Below, piece after piece: positions 49,561 to 59,681 of a DNA stretch of 64,000 bases; within the stretch, counting starts at the first letter, position 1, and the number at the start of each line of letters is the position of its first letter. The position numbers and the translations under genes were made by a program. Source of the stretch: an uncultured cyanobacterium (GTDB lineage: Bacteria > Cyanobacteriota > Cyanobacteriia > Cyanobacteriales > CAWUOF01); the NCBI GenBank assembly GCA_963744145.1, contig CAVUSO010000001.1:2976001-3040000 (forward strand), read 5' to 3'. The notes under the pieces are model-generated. The model made no database searches. It saw only the letters and a program-made list of their open reading frames with translations, and was not told the origin of the DNA.

Positions 49561-49971
49561 CTAGCTTTCATTCCTAATTAACCATTGTTTAATTTCTAAT
49601 GGTAACTCTTTTTTACTTCTGCTGCTTGGATCGATACAGATATGTCTGGTAGTTGCTTGAGCTAGTAACTTATCTCCCGTTGTGTGATAAATTTGATATT
49701 CAATTTCAAACTTATTTTCGGTTAACTGTTTAGGACTTAAATTAATCCTGATGCGATCGCCACAAAATAGGGGACTAAAAAAATCAATACTAGCATGAAC
49801 AATGGGAATTGCAAATACCTGATTCTGAAAAAATACTTTTAGATCAATTTCAGATTGAGCTAGGGAATCTTCATAAGCTTCATGACAGATCCCGAAAATA
49901 TTAGCAAAATAAACTACCCCAGCTGCATCAGTATCTTGAAAATGAATAGTGCGATTATAAATAAATCCCAT
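49561..49971 (-). CDS. Hotdog-fold thioesterase, probable DHNA-CoA hydrolase (phylloquinone pathway)
   Basis: [29 protein letters not shown]. Confidence 0.8.
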   Translation of the reverse strand: MGFIYNRTIHFQDTDAAGVVYFANIFGICHEAYEDSLAQSEIDLKVFFQNQVFAIPIVHASIDFFSPLFCGDRIRINLSPKQLTENKFEIEYQIYHTTGDKLLAQATTRHICIDPSSRSKKELPLEIKQWLIRNES

Positions 49972-50006
49972 ACCAGTGTATCATCTAGAGGTGAAATTGA
50001 CAAATA

Positions 50007-51653
50007 TTGGTTGTAATGATGCTGAGTCCCCAAAAATGGCTAGAAGATACCTCAAGTTTAACCCCCGAACTCCGGTTAGTGATTAAGGTAGCAATAGTCT
50101 TTTTTACCCTCAGCTTGATTTTATTACTATATCGACATTACAGTCTGTATGACGCTTATGACCAGGGACTTTTTAATCAAGTTTTCTGGAATAGTATGCA
50201 AGGTAGACTATTTGAGGGTTCTCTATCTTCTGCATTATCTACTAATGTGATTCATGGAGGTAATGTCCCAGAAGTATTTTATCGTCACCTCGGTCAGCAT
50301 TTTAACCCGATTTTTCTGCTGTGGTTACCTATTTATAGTTTATTTCCGACGGTAATTACCCTGACAATGATCCAAATTGTGTTGGTGACAGCAGCAGGAA
50401 TGGTGCTGTATGCTTTAGCTCGTCAACACTTAGAACCCAAAGTATCAGCAGCGATCGCAATTAGTTTTTATGGAGCGAATCCAGTCATTGGTCCGACTTT
50501 AAATAATTTCCATGATTATAGTGCGCTCCCACTCATGATGTTTACCTTATTTTTAGCATTGGAAAAAAGATGGTGGTGGTTTTTTGCTCTGATGCTAATT
50601 TTAGCGTTAGGAGTGCGCGAAGATGCGGGAGTAGCAGTATTTAGTTTGGGAGTTTATTTAATTTTCAGTCGTCGTTATCCTCGGATTGGGATCGTCGTTT
50701 GTATATGTAGTCTTGCTTATATTCTAATTACCACTACTTTAATTATGCCACAATTTTCAGCCGATGTGTCTGAGCGCATGATTGTGGAAAAGTTTGGACA
50801 ATATACTGATGGTAAACCGACTTCTACACCTGAAGCAATTTTGGCGATCGTTACCCATCCAGACAAAATTATCCAAGAATTGTTTTCCCGTTTTCCTCGC
50901 AAAATTCAGTATTTATTGGGACAGGGACTCCCCTTGTTATTTATTCCAGTGATTTCGATCGATACTTGGTTAACAGCAGGATTTCCTCTATTACAACTTT
51001 TATTAATGAAAGGTCAATCAGCACTAGCAATCAATATTCGCTATGCTATGTTACCAGTAGCAGGATTATTTTATGGGACAATTCTCTGGTGGACTAAATA
51101 TCCAGATTTGTTTCGCTCTTCCATCTGGTCCCGCAGGTTTTGGCAAATTTGTGTGGGACTTTCCTTATTTTTTACTCTGACTTCCAATCCTAATCAAACT
51201 TTTTCTTGTATTTTTCCAGACGCAATTCAACCTTGGGTATATATAAATCCAGTGCGTCAGTGGGAACATATTGGACAAGTCCAGCAACTTTTTCGACAAA
51301 TTCCTCCTCAATCAAGTGTAGCAGCAACAACTTTTCTACTTCCCCAACTTTCTGCTCGACGAGCGATCGTGCGATTTCCGGAGTTACGACAAATCCGTAA
51401 TGATGCTGGACAAGTGGAAAATGTGGAGTATATCATGGCTGATCTATGGAGATTAGAGCAATATCAGTCCGCATTTAAACCAGAACGTCAACTCCTGAAA
51501 GATAGTATTGCTTTGATTGACAAAATTGTGCAAAACCAGGAATATGGTATGCTCAATTGTTTAGATGGAGTAGTTTTATTAGGTCGTTCTGCTCGGTCAA
51601 ATCCGATAGCGATCGCTAATTGGATTGCTTTTCAACAAAGTTTAGTTAAATAA
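50007..51653 (+). CDS. DUF2079 polytopic membrane protein (GT-C-like), paralog 1
   Basis: YDQGLFNQVFWN, HLGQHF, NFHD, VREDAG; multiple TM helices. Confidence 0.85.
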   Translation: MVVMMLSPQKWLEDTSSLTPELRLVIKVAIVFFTLSLILLLYRHYSLYDAYDQGLFNQVFWNSMQGRLFEGSLSSALSTNVIHGGNVPEVFYRHLGQHFNPIFLLWLPIYSLFPTVITLTMIQIVLVTAAGMVLYALARQHLEPKVSAAIAISFYGANPVIGPTLNNFHDYSALPLMMFTLFLALEKRWWWFFALMLILALGVREDAGVAVFSLGVYLIFSRRYPRIGIVVCICSLAYILITTTLIMPQFSADVSERMIVEKFGQYTDGKPTSTPEAILAIVTHPDKIIQELFSRFPRKIQYLLGQGLPLLFIPVISIDTWLTAGFPLLQLLLMKGQSALAINIRYAMLPVAGLFYGTILWWTKYPDLFRSSIWSRRFWQICVGLSLFFTLTSNPNQTFSCIFPDAIQPWVYINPVRQWEHIGQVQQLFRQIPPQSSVAATTFLLPQLSARRAIVRFPELRQIRNDAGQVENVEYIMADLWRLEQYQSAFKPERQLLKDSIALIDKIVQNQEYGMLNCLDGVVLLGRSARSNPIAIANWIAFQQSLVK

Positions 51654-51699
51654 GAAATTATTTGACTTTCATCAGCTTAAGATTAAGAATCGCTAGGGG

Positions 51700-53379
51700 A
51701 TGATTGGAAAAATGCTGAGGGAAAAGAGGTGGTTGACAGTTGGGCAAAATCTGTCTTCTGAATTACAATTAGTGATTAAAGTCGCGATCGCTTTTTTTAC
51801 GGTCTGTTTCCTACTATTGCTCTATCGACATTATAGTTTTTATGATTCCTATGATCAAGGGATTTTTAACCAACTGTTTTGGAATAGTATCCAAGGTAGG
51901 TTATTTGAAGGATCTTTATCTTCGTCTCTCTCTACTAATGTATTAAATGCTGGTCAAGTACCAGAAGTATTTTATCACCATTTAGGACAACATTTTAATC
52001 CAATTTTTCTGCTGTGGTTACCTCTTTATGCTGTATTTCCTGGGATTATTACTCTGATTTTGATCCAGGTTAGTTTAATGACCGCATCAGGTTTGGTATT
52101 ATATGCGTTAGCTCGTCAATATTTAATTCCTCAGATATCCGCAATGATCGCAATTAGCTGGTATGGAGCTAATACGGTAATTGGTCCGACTTTGGGAAAT
52201 TTCCATGACTATAATTCCCTCCCACTCATGCTATTTACTTTATTCTTAGCATTGGAAAAAAAGTGGTGGTGGTTATTTTCAGGAATGGCAATTTTGACTT
52301 TAGCAGTTCGGGAAGATGCGGGAGTTGCGCTCTTTAGTGTGGGAGTTTATTTAATTTTCAGTCGTCGTTATCCCCGGATCGGATTAGCTATTTGTACCTT
52401 GAGTCTCAGTTATATTCTGATTGTGACTAATTTAATTATGCCACAATTTTCTGCTGATGTTTCTCAGCGCATGATTGTGGAAAGATTTGGACAATATACC
52501 GATGAACAACCTACTTCTACAATAGAAGCAATTTTGGCAATAATTACCCATCCAGATAAGATTTTTCAAGAAATATTCTCACGCTTTCCTGATAAAATTC
52601 GTTATTTACTTGGACATTGGCTCCCCTTAGCATTTATTCCCGCAATTTCGGTAGATGCTTGGTTGATTTCAAGTTTTCCATTGCTCCAAATTATGCTCAT
52701 GAAAGGTCATTCAGTGCTAGCAATTAATATTCGATATGTGATGTTAATTGTCCCCGGATTTTTTTATGGTACTATTCTCTGGTGGAGTAAACACCCAGAT
52801 GCTTTTAAATCCTCGATCAAATGGTCTAATTTCTCTATTCCTAGACGCAGATTTTGGCAATTTTGTATTGGTCTTTCTTTATTCTTTACCGTGACATCTA
52901 ATCCTAATCAAACTCTTTCTTTTTTACTTCCTGATGCAATTATCCCTTGGGTCCATATCAATCCAATTCGTCAATGGGAACATATCAGTCAGATCCATCA
53001 AGTTTTAGATCAGATTCCTACTCAAACAAGTGTCAGTGCTACAAATTTTTTGATTCCTCCACTGTCCGATCGACGTGCAATTGTGCGATTTCCCCTATTG
53101 ATGCAAATTCGTAATGATGCTGGGATGGTGGAAAATGTTGAATATATTGTAGCAGATCTATGGCGTTTTCAGCAATATCAGTCTGCTTTTAAACCAGAAC
53201 GTCAATATTTGCAAAAAAGTGTTGCTCTGATTGACCAATTTTTACAGAATCAACAGTATGGTATTCTGGATTTTCAGGATGGAGTGATTTTGTTAGGTCC
53301 AATTACTCAAGCGAATCCAACTGCGATCGCGAATTGGATTGGGTTTCGACAAGATTTACTCCCAATTATAAGTAAGTAG
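51700..53379 (+). CDS. DUF2079 polytopic membrane protein, paralog 2
   Basis: Same motifs as paralog 1. Confidence 0.85.
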   Translation: MIGKMLREKRWLTVGQNLSSELQLVIKVAIAFFTVCFLLLLYRHYSFYDSYDQGIFNQLFWNSIQGRLFEGSLSSSLSTNVLNAGQVPEVFYHHLGQHFNPIFLLWLPLYAVFPGIITLILIQVSLMTASGLVLYALARQYLIPQISAMIAISWYGANTVIGPTLGNFHDYNSLPLMLFTLFLALEKKWWWLFSGMAILTLAVREDAGVALFSVGVYLIFSRRYPRIGLAICTLSLSYILIVTNLIMPQFSADVSQRMIVERFGQYTDEQPTSTIEAILAIITHPDKIFQEIFSRFPDKIRYLLGHWLPLAFIPAISVDAWLISSFPLLQIMLMKGHSVLAINIRYVMLIVPGFFYGTILWWSKHPDAFKSSIKWSNFSIPRRRFWQFCIGLSLFFTVTSNPNQTLSFLLPDAIIPWVHINPIRQWEHISQIHQVLDQIPTQTSVSATNFLIPPLSDRRAIVRFPLLMQIRNDAGMVENVEYIVADLWRFQQYQSAFKPERQYLQKSVALIDQFLQNQQYGILDFQDGVILLGPITQANPTAIANWIGFRQDLLPIISK

Positions 53380-53388
53380 AGCTAGATC

Positions 53389-55080
53389 ATGATGAAGATT
53401 TTGACTGAACAGAAATGGATCGATATTTATAAAAATCTGTCCCCAGAATTCCGGTTGGTTTTGCAAGTAGCGATCGCTTTTTTCACCCTCTGTTTAATCT
53501 TATTGGTCTATCGACATTACACTTTTTATGATAGCTATGATCAGGCACTTTTTAATCAGATTTTTTGGAATAGTATGCAAGGTAGACTATTTGAAGGTTC
53601 TTTAACTTCATCTCTATCTGCTAATGTGGTTCATGGTGGTAATCCTCCAGAAGTATTTTATCGTCATTTAGGACAGCATTTTAATCCAATTTTTTTACTG
53701 TGGTTATGTTTTTATGCGGTTTTTCCTTCAATTGTTACTCTGGTTGTGATTCAGGTAACTTTAGTAACCACAGCAGGGATAGTTTTGTTTGTTCTAGCTC
53801 GTCAATATTTAGACCCAAAACTATCTGCTGCGATCGCAATTAGTTTTTATGGAGCAAATGCAGTCCTTGGTTCAACTTTGTCTAATTTTCATGATTATAG
53901 TTCCTTACCTTTATTCCTGTTTACTTTATTTTTAGCTCTGGAAAAAAAGTGGTGGTGGTTATTTGTCGGAATGGCAATTTTAACTTTAACAGTCCGAGAA
54001 GATGCAGGAGTTGCTTTATTTAGTTTTGGAATCTATTTGATTTTAAGTCGTCGTTATCCCCGGATTGGATTAGGAATCTGTACCTTAAGTCTGAGCTATA
54101 TTTTGATTGTTACTCATATAATTATGCCACAATTCTCTGCGGATGTTTCCGAACGGATGGTTGTGGAAAATTTTGGACAATTTACCGATAATAAACCTAC
54201 TTCTACGATCGGAGCAATCTGGGCAATAATTACCCATCCAATTGAAATTTTCCAAGATGTATTCTTTGTTCATTTTGACCGTAAATTTCGGTATTTATTA
54301 GGACATTTATTACCCTTAGCATTTATTCCAATAGTTTCTGTTGATACTTGGTTACTGACAGGATTTCCCTTCCTGCAAGTATTGCTAATGGATCATAACA
54401 ATTACAATGCACTATCAATAAATATCAGATACACTATGTTAATAGTACCAGGATTATTCTATGGTGTGATTCTCTGGTGGGCTAAACATTCTGACTTATT
54501 TCAGTCTTCACTCCGATGGAGAGGATTTTCGATCCGATGGAAACAGTTTTTAAAGATTTGTGTGGGACTATCTTTATTTTTTACTCTGACATCTAATCCT
54601 GGTCAAAGTTTTTCTTGTCTAATCCCAGACTATATTATACCTTGGGCATATATAAATCCAATCAGTCAGTGGTATCATGTCGGACAAGTACATCAAATTT
54701 TCAATCAAATTCCTGATCAAGCAAGTGTAGCTGCTCCCACAATTTTACTTCCTACTCTTTCTTATCGACGAGCAATCATTAAGTTTCCTTATTCCCTGCT
54801 GCAATTTCGTAATGATGATCAGCAGATCGAAAATATTGAGTATGTGGTCATGGATATCTGGAGACCCCTACAATATCAGATTGCGTCTAGACCTATGCGT
54901 AATTTAATCAAGGATAGTGTAGCAAAAATTGACCAAATTACGCAAAACCAAGTGTATGGGATAATTGATTTTCGAGAGGGAGTGATATTGTTACGTCGAT
55001 CGGTTCAATCCAATCCAACTGCTTTAGCTAATTGGTTAACTTTTCGTGAGACTTTAGTTCCAGTTCTCAACCATCCTTAA
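53389..55080 (+). CDS. DUF2079 polytopic membrane protein, paralog 3
   Basis: Same motifs as paralog 1. Confidence 0.85.
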   Translation: MMKILTEQKWIDIYKNLSPEFRLVLQVAIAFFTLCLILLVYRHYTFYDSYDQALFNQIFWNSMQGRLFEGSLTSSLSANVVHGGNPPEVFYRHLGQHFNPIFLLWLCFYAVFPSIVTLVVIQVTLVTTAGIVLFVLARQYLDPKLSAAIAISFYGANAVLGSTLSNFHDYSSLPLFLFTLFLALEKKWWWLFVGMAILTLTVREDAGVALFSFGIYLILSRRYPRIGLGICTLSLSYILIVTHIIMPQFSADVSERMVVENFGQFTDNKPTSTIGAIWAIITHPIEIFQDVFFVHFDRKFRYLLGHLLPLAFIPIVSVDTWLLTGFPFLQVLLMDHNNYNALSINIRYTMLIVPGLFYGVILWWAKHSDLFQSSLRWRGFSIRWKQFLKICVGLSLFFTLTSNPGQSFSCLIPDYIIPWAYINPISQWYHVGQVHQIFNQIPDQASVAAPTILLPTLSYRRAIIKFPYSLLQFRNDDQQIENIEYVVMDIWRPLQYQIASRPMRNLIKDSVAKIDQITQNQVYGIIDFREGVILLRRSVQSNPTALANWLTFRETLVPVLNHP

Positions 55081-55081
55081 T

Positions 55082-56851
55082 GTGACAAATAGAACTAAAC
55101 ACCATCAGAAAAAATCCATGATGCTAATTACACATCTACAAATAATGTTGACAACACCAATTACCGAAATCAGTAACAAAACTACAGCTAAATTTTCGAT
55201 ATTTTTTTGGTTTAGTTTAAGTTTGTGTTTTCCAATTAGCTATGCAATCGTTGCACTTAAGAAAGCTTTCAGTGCTGAGTATGTGGTTGGAGATAATGCT
55301 CGAGAATATCTGTCTTGGATGTATCGCTATATCCAACCAGAGTTATTTCCAAATGATTTAATTGCTGATTATTTTCAATCCATTACACCAATTGGTTATG
55401 GTTTTTTATATCAATCCTTAGCTAATTTAGGGATTGATCCAGTGCTGTTAAGTAAAATTTTTCCTTTAGTATTGGTTCCCTTTACCACAGGTTATTGTTT
55501 TTTTGTATGTCTAGAATTATTTCCAGTTCCTTTAGCAGGATTTATTGCTACACTATTATTAAATCAATCTATTGGTATTGCTGATGATTTCGTTTCTGCT
55601 TGTCCCAGGGATTTCTTTTATGCTCTATTCTTAGCATTTGTCTATTATTTATTGCGCGGTTCCTTATTACCCACCTTAATCGCGATCGCGCTCCAATCTC
55701 TCTTTTATCCCTTGATTGCTTTTATTTCTTCCGCGATATTAATATTACGATTATGTCGATGGCAAAAAATCCAATTTTTTTCGACCGTCAGCAAAGATTA
55801 TCTATTTGGTTTTACGGGAGTAGGGATAGCGATTTTAACTCTGATTCCCTATAGTATCCAATCTTCAGAATTTGGACCAACAATTACCGACGCGATCGCA
55901 CGAACCTTACCCGATTATCTAGCTGGAGGAAGAGTAAGTTATTATAATCTCAATCCATTAAATTTTTGGTTGGATGGTAGAGATAGTGGAATTTTAGCTT
56001 TAATGAGTCCGCTCCAATTATTTATTGGGTTATTGTTACCGATCCTGCTGCTTAACCAACACCGATTTCCACTCAGCAAACATCTCAATCATCAGATTAA
56101 AATCTTACCTCAGATTGTCTTAGCATCGGTAACAATGTTTTTTATTGCCCATGCTATAGCATTTAAACTGCATTTTCCTAGTCGCTATACTCATCATACT
56201 ATTAAAATCGTATTGGCGATCGCGGCTGGAATGGTAATTACAATTATCCTCAATGCGGCTTTTAATTGGGCAATTAATTCTCAATTGCGCGGAGCAAAAA
56301 TTTTGGTATTAGGAATTGCTACTTGTGTCGGATTAGGATTAGTTAGTTATCCAAGCTTCTTAAAGACTTTTCCCAGAACTCCCTATATCGTCGGTAAAGT
56401 TCCCGGACTATATAAATTTTTGCAACAGCAACCAATTAATAGTGTGATTGCCTCATTGACAAGTGAAACAGATAATATTCCAGTTTTCTCCCAAAGATCC
56501 ATATTAGCAGGAAAAGAATATGCTTTACCCTTCCATCTCAAATATGATCGGCAATTTCGGCAAAGAATGTTAGATTTAATTAATGCTCAATATAGTCGCG
56601 ATCGCCAAGAAATAACAGATTTTATCCATAAATATCGGATTAGTTTCTGGTTACTTGATCGTCAGGCTTTTACCCCTAATTATATCACCAGTAATAACTG
56701 GATTCGACAATATCAACCAGCCGCAACAAATGCGTTAACACAACTTAACCAATCGCAGTTACCAATTTTAGTTCAGCAAATGAAATCTTGTAATATTTTC
56801 GAGGCGGAAAATTTAATTTTACTGGCAACTAAATGTATCGAGAAAAATTAA
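55082..56851 (+). CDS. Polytopic membrane protein, GT-C-like architecture
   Basis: TM1, acidic loop (GDNARE..PELFPNDLIADYF), about 10 TM helices, FPSRY, soluble C-terminal domain; start uncertain. Confidence 0.65.
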   Translation: MTNRTKHHQKKSMMLITHLQIMLTTPITEISNKTTAKFSIFFWFSLSLCFPISYAIVALKKAFSAEYVVGDNAREYLSWMYRYIQPELFPNDLIADYFQSITPIGYGFLYQSLANLGIDPVLLSKIFPLVLVPFTTGYCFFVCLELFPVPLAGFIATLLLNQSIGIADDFVSACPRDFFYALFLAFVYYLLRGSLLPTLIAIALQSLFYPLIAFISSAILILRLCRWQKIQFFSTVSKDYLFGFTGVGIAILTLIPYSIQSSEFGPTITDAIARTLPDYLAGGRVSYYNLNPLNFWLDGRDSGILALMSPLQLFIGLLLPILLLNQHRFPLSKHLNHQIKILPQIVLASVTMFFIAHAIAFKLHFPSRYTHHTIKIVLAIAAGMVITIILNAAFNWAINSQLRGAKILVLGIATCVGLGLVSYPSFLKTFPRTPYIVGKVPGLYKFLQQQPINSVIASLTSETDNIPVFSQRSILAGKEYALPFHLKYDRQFRQRMLDLINAQYSRDRQEITDFIHKYRISFWLLDRQAFTPNYITSNNWIRQYQPAATNALTQLNQSQLPILVQQMKSCNIFEAENLILLATKCIEKN

Positions 56852-56986
56852 CCTAAACTTTCATCTTTTGGTAGACAAAATGTGCTAAATTAATCAATTA
56901 TTTAGGTTGAACATATAGCAGCAAAGCCCAACAATTTTTCAAACCGATACATTGATCATCTAAATTAGCAAAACAGGGCAAAAACT

Positions 56987-58352
56987 TTGGATAAATTAGA
57001 GCAACAGTTAAAACTGAATTGACCGGATCTGATCAAAGCGATCGCGATCGCCTGGATTTTTCTTAACCACGCGATCGAACTCATCTTTGGTGGGCCACTT
57101 ATTTATAATCCCACTCTTAATTGGCCACCTTTGGCTGAACGTCTGGCCCAATTGCGTCCATTAGCAGAATATGGTTGGTGGAATCTTCCCCTAAATCTAA
57201 TCCGCTATGTCGGTTGGTTGGGCGATCAAGGAGTGCAATTATTTCTAATTGTGAGCGGTTTTGGTTTAACTTGGGGACTGTTAAAACGCTCCGATCTGGT
57301 AGCTTTACCTTTACGTCAATTTTATCAACGTCGTTTCAGTCGGATCTATCCCCTCTGGTGGGGAGCGCACTTAATCTTCGCTCTAACTTGGTTGCTAACT
57401 GGATGGGGGATATCTTTAGCAGAACCAGCTTTTTACTTCAGTTTTCTCGGTATCCGTTTCGCTCCGGGCGTTTTTAATTATTTTGCTCCAGCTTGGTGGT
57501 TTATCGGTTTATTGATCCAGCTTTACCTCATCTATCCACTACTCTGGGAAGGATTGCGTCGTTGGGGGCCAAAATGGCTGCTCCTGACAAGTTGCACCGT
57601 TGCTTTCCTAGCTAGGGCTGCGGGATTATTGTTTTTGGGTAATTATATAGCCGTTTGGAGTCGCGGTCTGATTTTTATCACTCAACTACCAGCGTTTGTG
57701 TTTGGGATCAGTTTAGCACTATGGCTATATCGCGATCCTGAACGGACCGATCGCTTTTTGCGACTACCATTAACTTTGATCATAGCGGCAATTATCTACA
57801 TTATCGGTGTATTTCTATCCCTAACTTTATTGGGGATGGCGATCGCTCCTTTCCTAGTAGGAGTAGGGTCATTCATATTGCTATATGGGGCTTTAGGTGG
57901 CAATCAAACTCCTCATCAGGTGGTTGGTCAATGGGTTGGTCAACACTCTTATTCCATCTACCTAGTACACCAACCGTTAATTTTACTTTTGGTGGAAGCA
58001 AATGCGATTACTTGGCGATCGCTATTGGCAACGATCGCCGCAGCTTTTTTAACCATGATTGTGGCGATCAGTCTGGAATTTTTAGTTAACCGAATCTATC
58101 GGTTTCGATCAACCCCCACCAAATGATTTGCTGGCTATAATTCGTTTAGCTCATCTGCAACGTTCGCTACCCTCGCGTTTCGGAGAATTAATAGCTAAAA
58201 TTCAGGGTAAACATTTGCTTCCTGTCTTGCGTTCCGCTCATACCTGTCTTTACTATCCCCACAATATGCACTGGTTAGCAATGGGACACCGCATCGTTGC
58301 TGATTATTTAGTGACAAAATTTAACTCAGAAGCTTTTTGGAAAAGGAAATAA
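56987..58352 (+). pseudogene. Acyltransferase-3 (OafA-like) with remnant SGNH tail
   Basis: In-frame TGA at 57020 where Trp is expected (LN*PDLIKAIAIAWIFLNH); GVQLFLIVSGF, RRFSRIYP, WWFI..IQLY and SYSIYLVHQP motifs; 58128-58352 encodes LYYPHNMHW...GHRIVAD. Confidence 0.75.
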
Positions 58353-58364
58353 CTACTGTTTTTT

Positions 58365-58410
58365 AGGTATATAGTTGCAGTAAAGAACGCTGAAGCGCAA
58401 CTACATACCT
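58365..58410. terminator. Hairpin or REP-like palindrome between convergent genes
   Basis: AGGTATATAGTTGC / GCAACTACATACCT, 13 of 14 complementary. Confidence 0.5.
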
Positions 58411-58416
58411 GTGCCC

Positions 58417-59664
58417 CTACTTTTGTGTTACACGCCAGTTAAGTTTAAGATTAATCCAAAAGTTCCAGATGGTAACCATCATGATCGCGATAAAATTAGC
58501 CAGGTAAGCATTCATTTGCCAGCCATTAAAAAAGATATTTAATAACACTATTTTAATCATCAAGCCCATTAAGCAGATGATATTAAATTTCAGCAGACGC
58601 TTTAGTACCTTACGTCCCTGTCGCTGGGATTTGGCAATATCATCAAAAGTCCAAAGGTCATTCCAGCAAAAGTTATTGAGAATGCCTAGTTCTCCTGCGA
58701 CAATAGCACTACGGGTTAGACCTAATCCAATCATATGATAGAGCAAATAAAGCAACCCCATATCCACAAATAGACCGCTAAACCCGACAATAATAAAACG
58801 GATAAAGCGACTGATCGGAAAATTAAACCGTTTTCCGATCAATCCTGGTAACCCTATGGACAATCGGAGTCGCCACAGATGATGTAGATATTCTTGATAT
58901 TGTTTCCATGTGACTTTGCTCTCTCCTGTTTCGCGCTCCTGGAAAATGTAACCTACTTCAGCAATTTGGCCAATCCGACCACGTCCTAACACTTCAATCA
59001 GAATTTTATAACCCAAGGGATTTAATTTCTTGCCCGCGATCGCACTCCGTCTGACCATAAAATAGCCACTCATTGGATCAGAAACTCGGTTCATCACTTC
59101 TGGTAAAATTATTAATCCCAGAATCTGTGCCCCACGAGAAAGAACTCGTCTAACTATACTCCACTCACTAACTCCACCATCTTCCACATGACGACTCGCA
59201 ACCGCTAGATCGGCACCCTGATCTATGGCTGAAATTAATTTTAATAAGATCTCTGGCGGATGTTGTAAATCACCATCAATCACCCCCAAGACTTCTCCTC
59301 GCGCCACTTGCCAACCCCGAATTACTGCGGTGGAAAGACCTTTCTCTCCTTGACGACGCATTACTCGTAAACAAGGATAATCTGGGATTAGCTCTTGTGC
59401 TATTTTCCAGGTTCGATCTGGACTGTCATCATCAATGATTAATAGTTCATATTGCTTGGACAATCTCTGCTCTAAAATGTCAGATAATATCTTCACTAAC
59501 TTTTCAATATTCCCCACTTCATTATAAGTTGGAATAATTAATGAAAACCGAATATTTACAGTCTCAAAATTAGGGTAAATATCCTGTTCTAATCCAGGCA
59601 ATTCAGGGATTTCGAGGGAACCAGATGGAACAAAAAGAAGTTGGTAATTTTTTTTAGCACCCAT
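58417..59664 (-). CDS. GT2 polyprenol-phosphate glycosyltransferase (DPM1-like) fused to a GtrA flippase domain
   Basis: IIPTYNE, DDDSPD, DGDLQHPP, DPMSGYF, GYKIL; C-terminal RFIIVGFSG..VD and NNFCWNDLWTF. Confidence 0.92.
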   Translation of the reverse strand: MGAKKNYQLLFVPSGSLEIPELPGLEQDIYPNFETVNIRFSLIIPTYNEVGNIEKLVKILSDILEQRLSKQYELLIIDDDSPDRTWKIAQELIPDYPCLRVMRRQGEKGLSTAVIRGWQVARGEVLGVIDGDLQHPPEILLKLISAIDQGADLAVASRHVEDGGVSEWSIVRRVLSRGAQILGLIILPEVMNRVSDPMSGYFMVRRSAIAGKKLNPLGYKILIEVLGRGRIGQIAEVGYIFQERETGESKVTWKQYQEYLHHLWRLRLSIGLPGLIGKRFNFPISRFIRFIIVGFSGLFVDMGLLYLLYHMIGLGLTRSAIVAGELGILNNFCWNDLWTFDDIAKSQRQGRKVLKRLLKFNIICLMGLMIKIVLLNIFFNGWQMNAYLANFIAIMMVTIWNFWINLKLNWRVTQK

Positions 59665-59681
59665 TAATTATCCTCAGCAAA

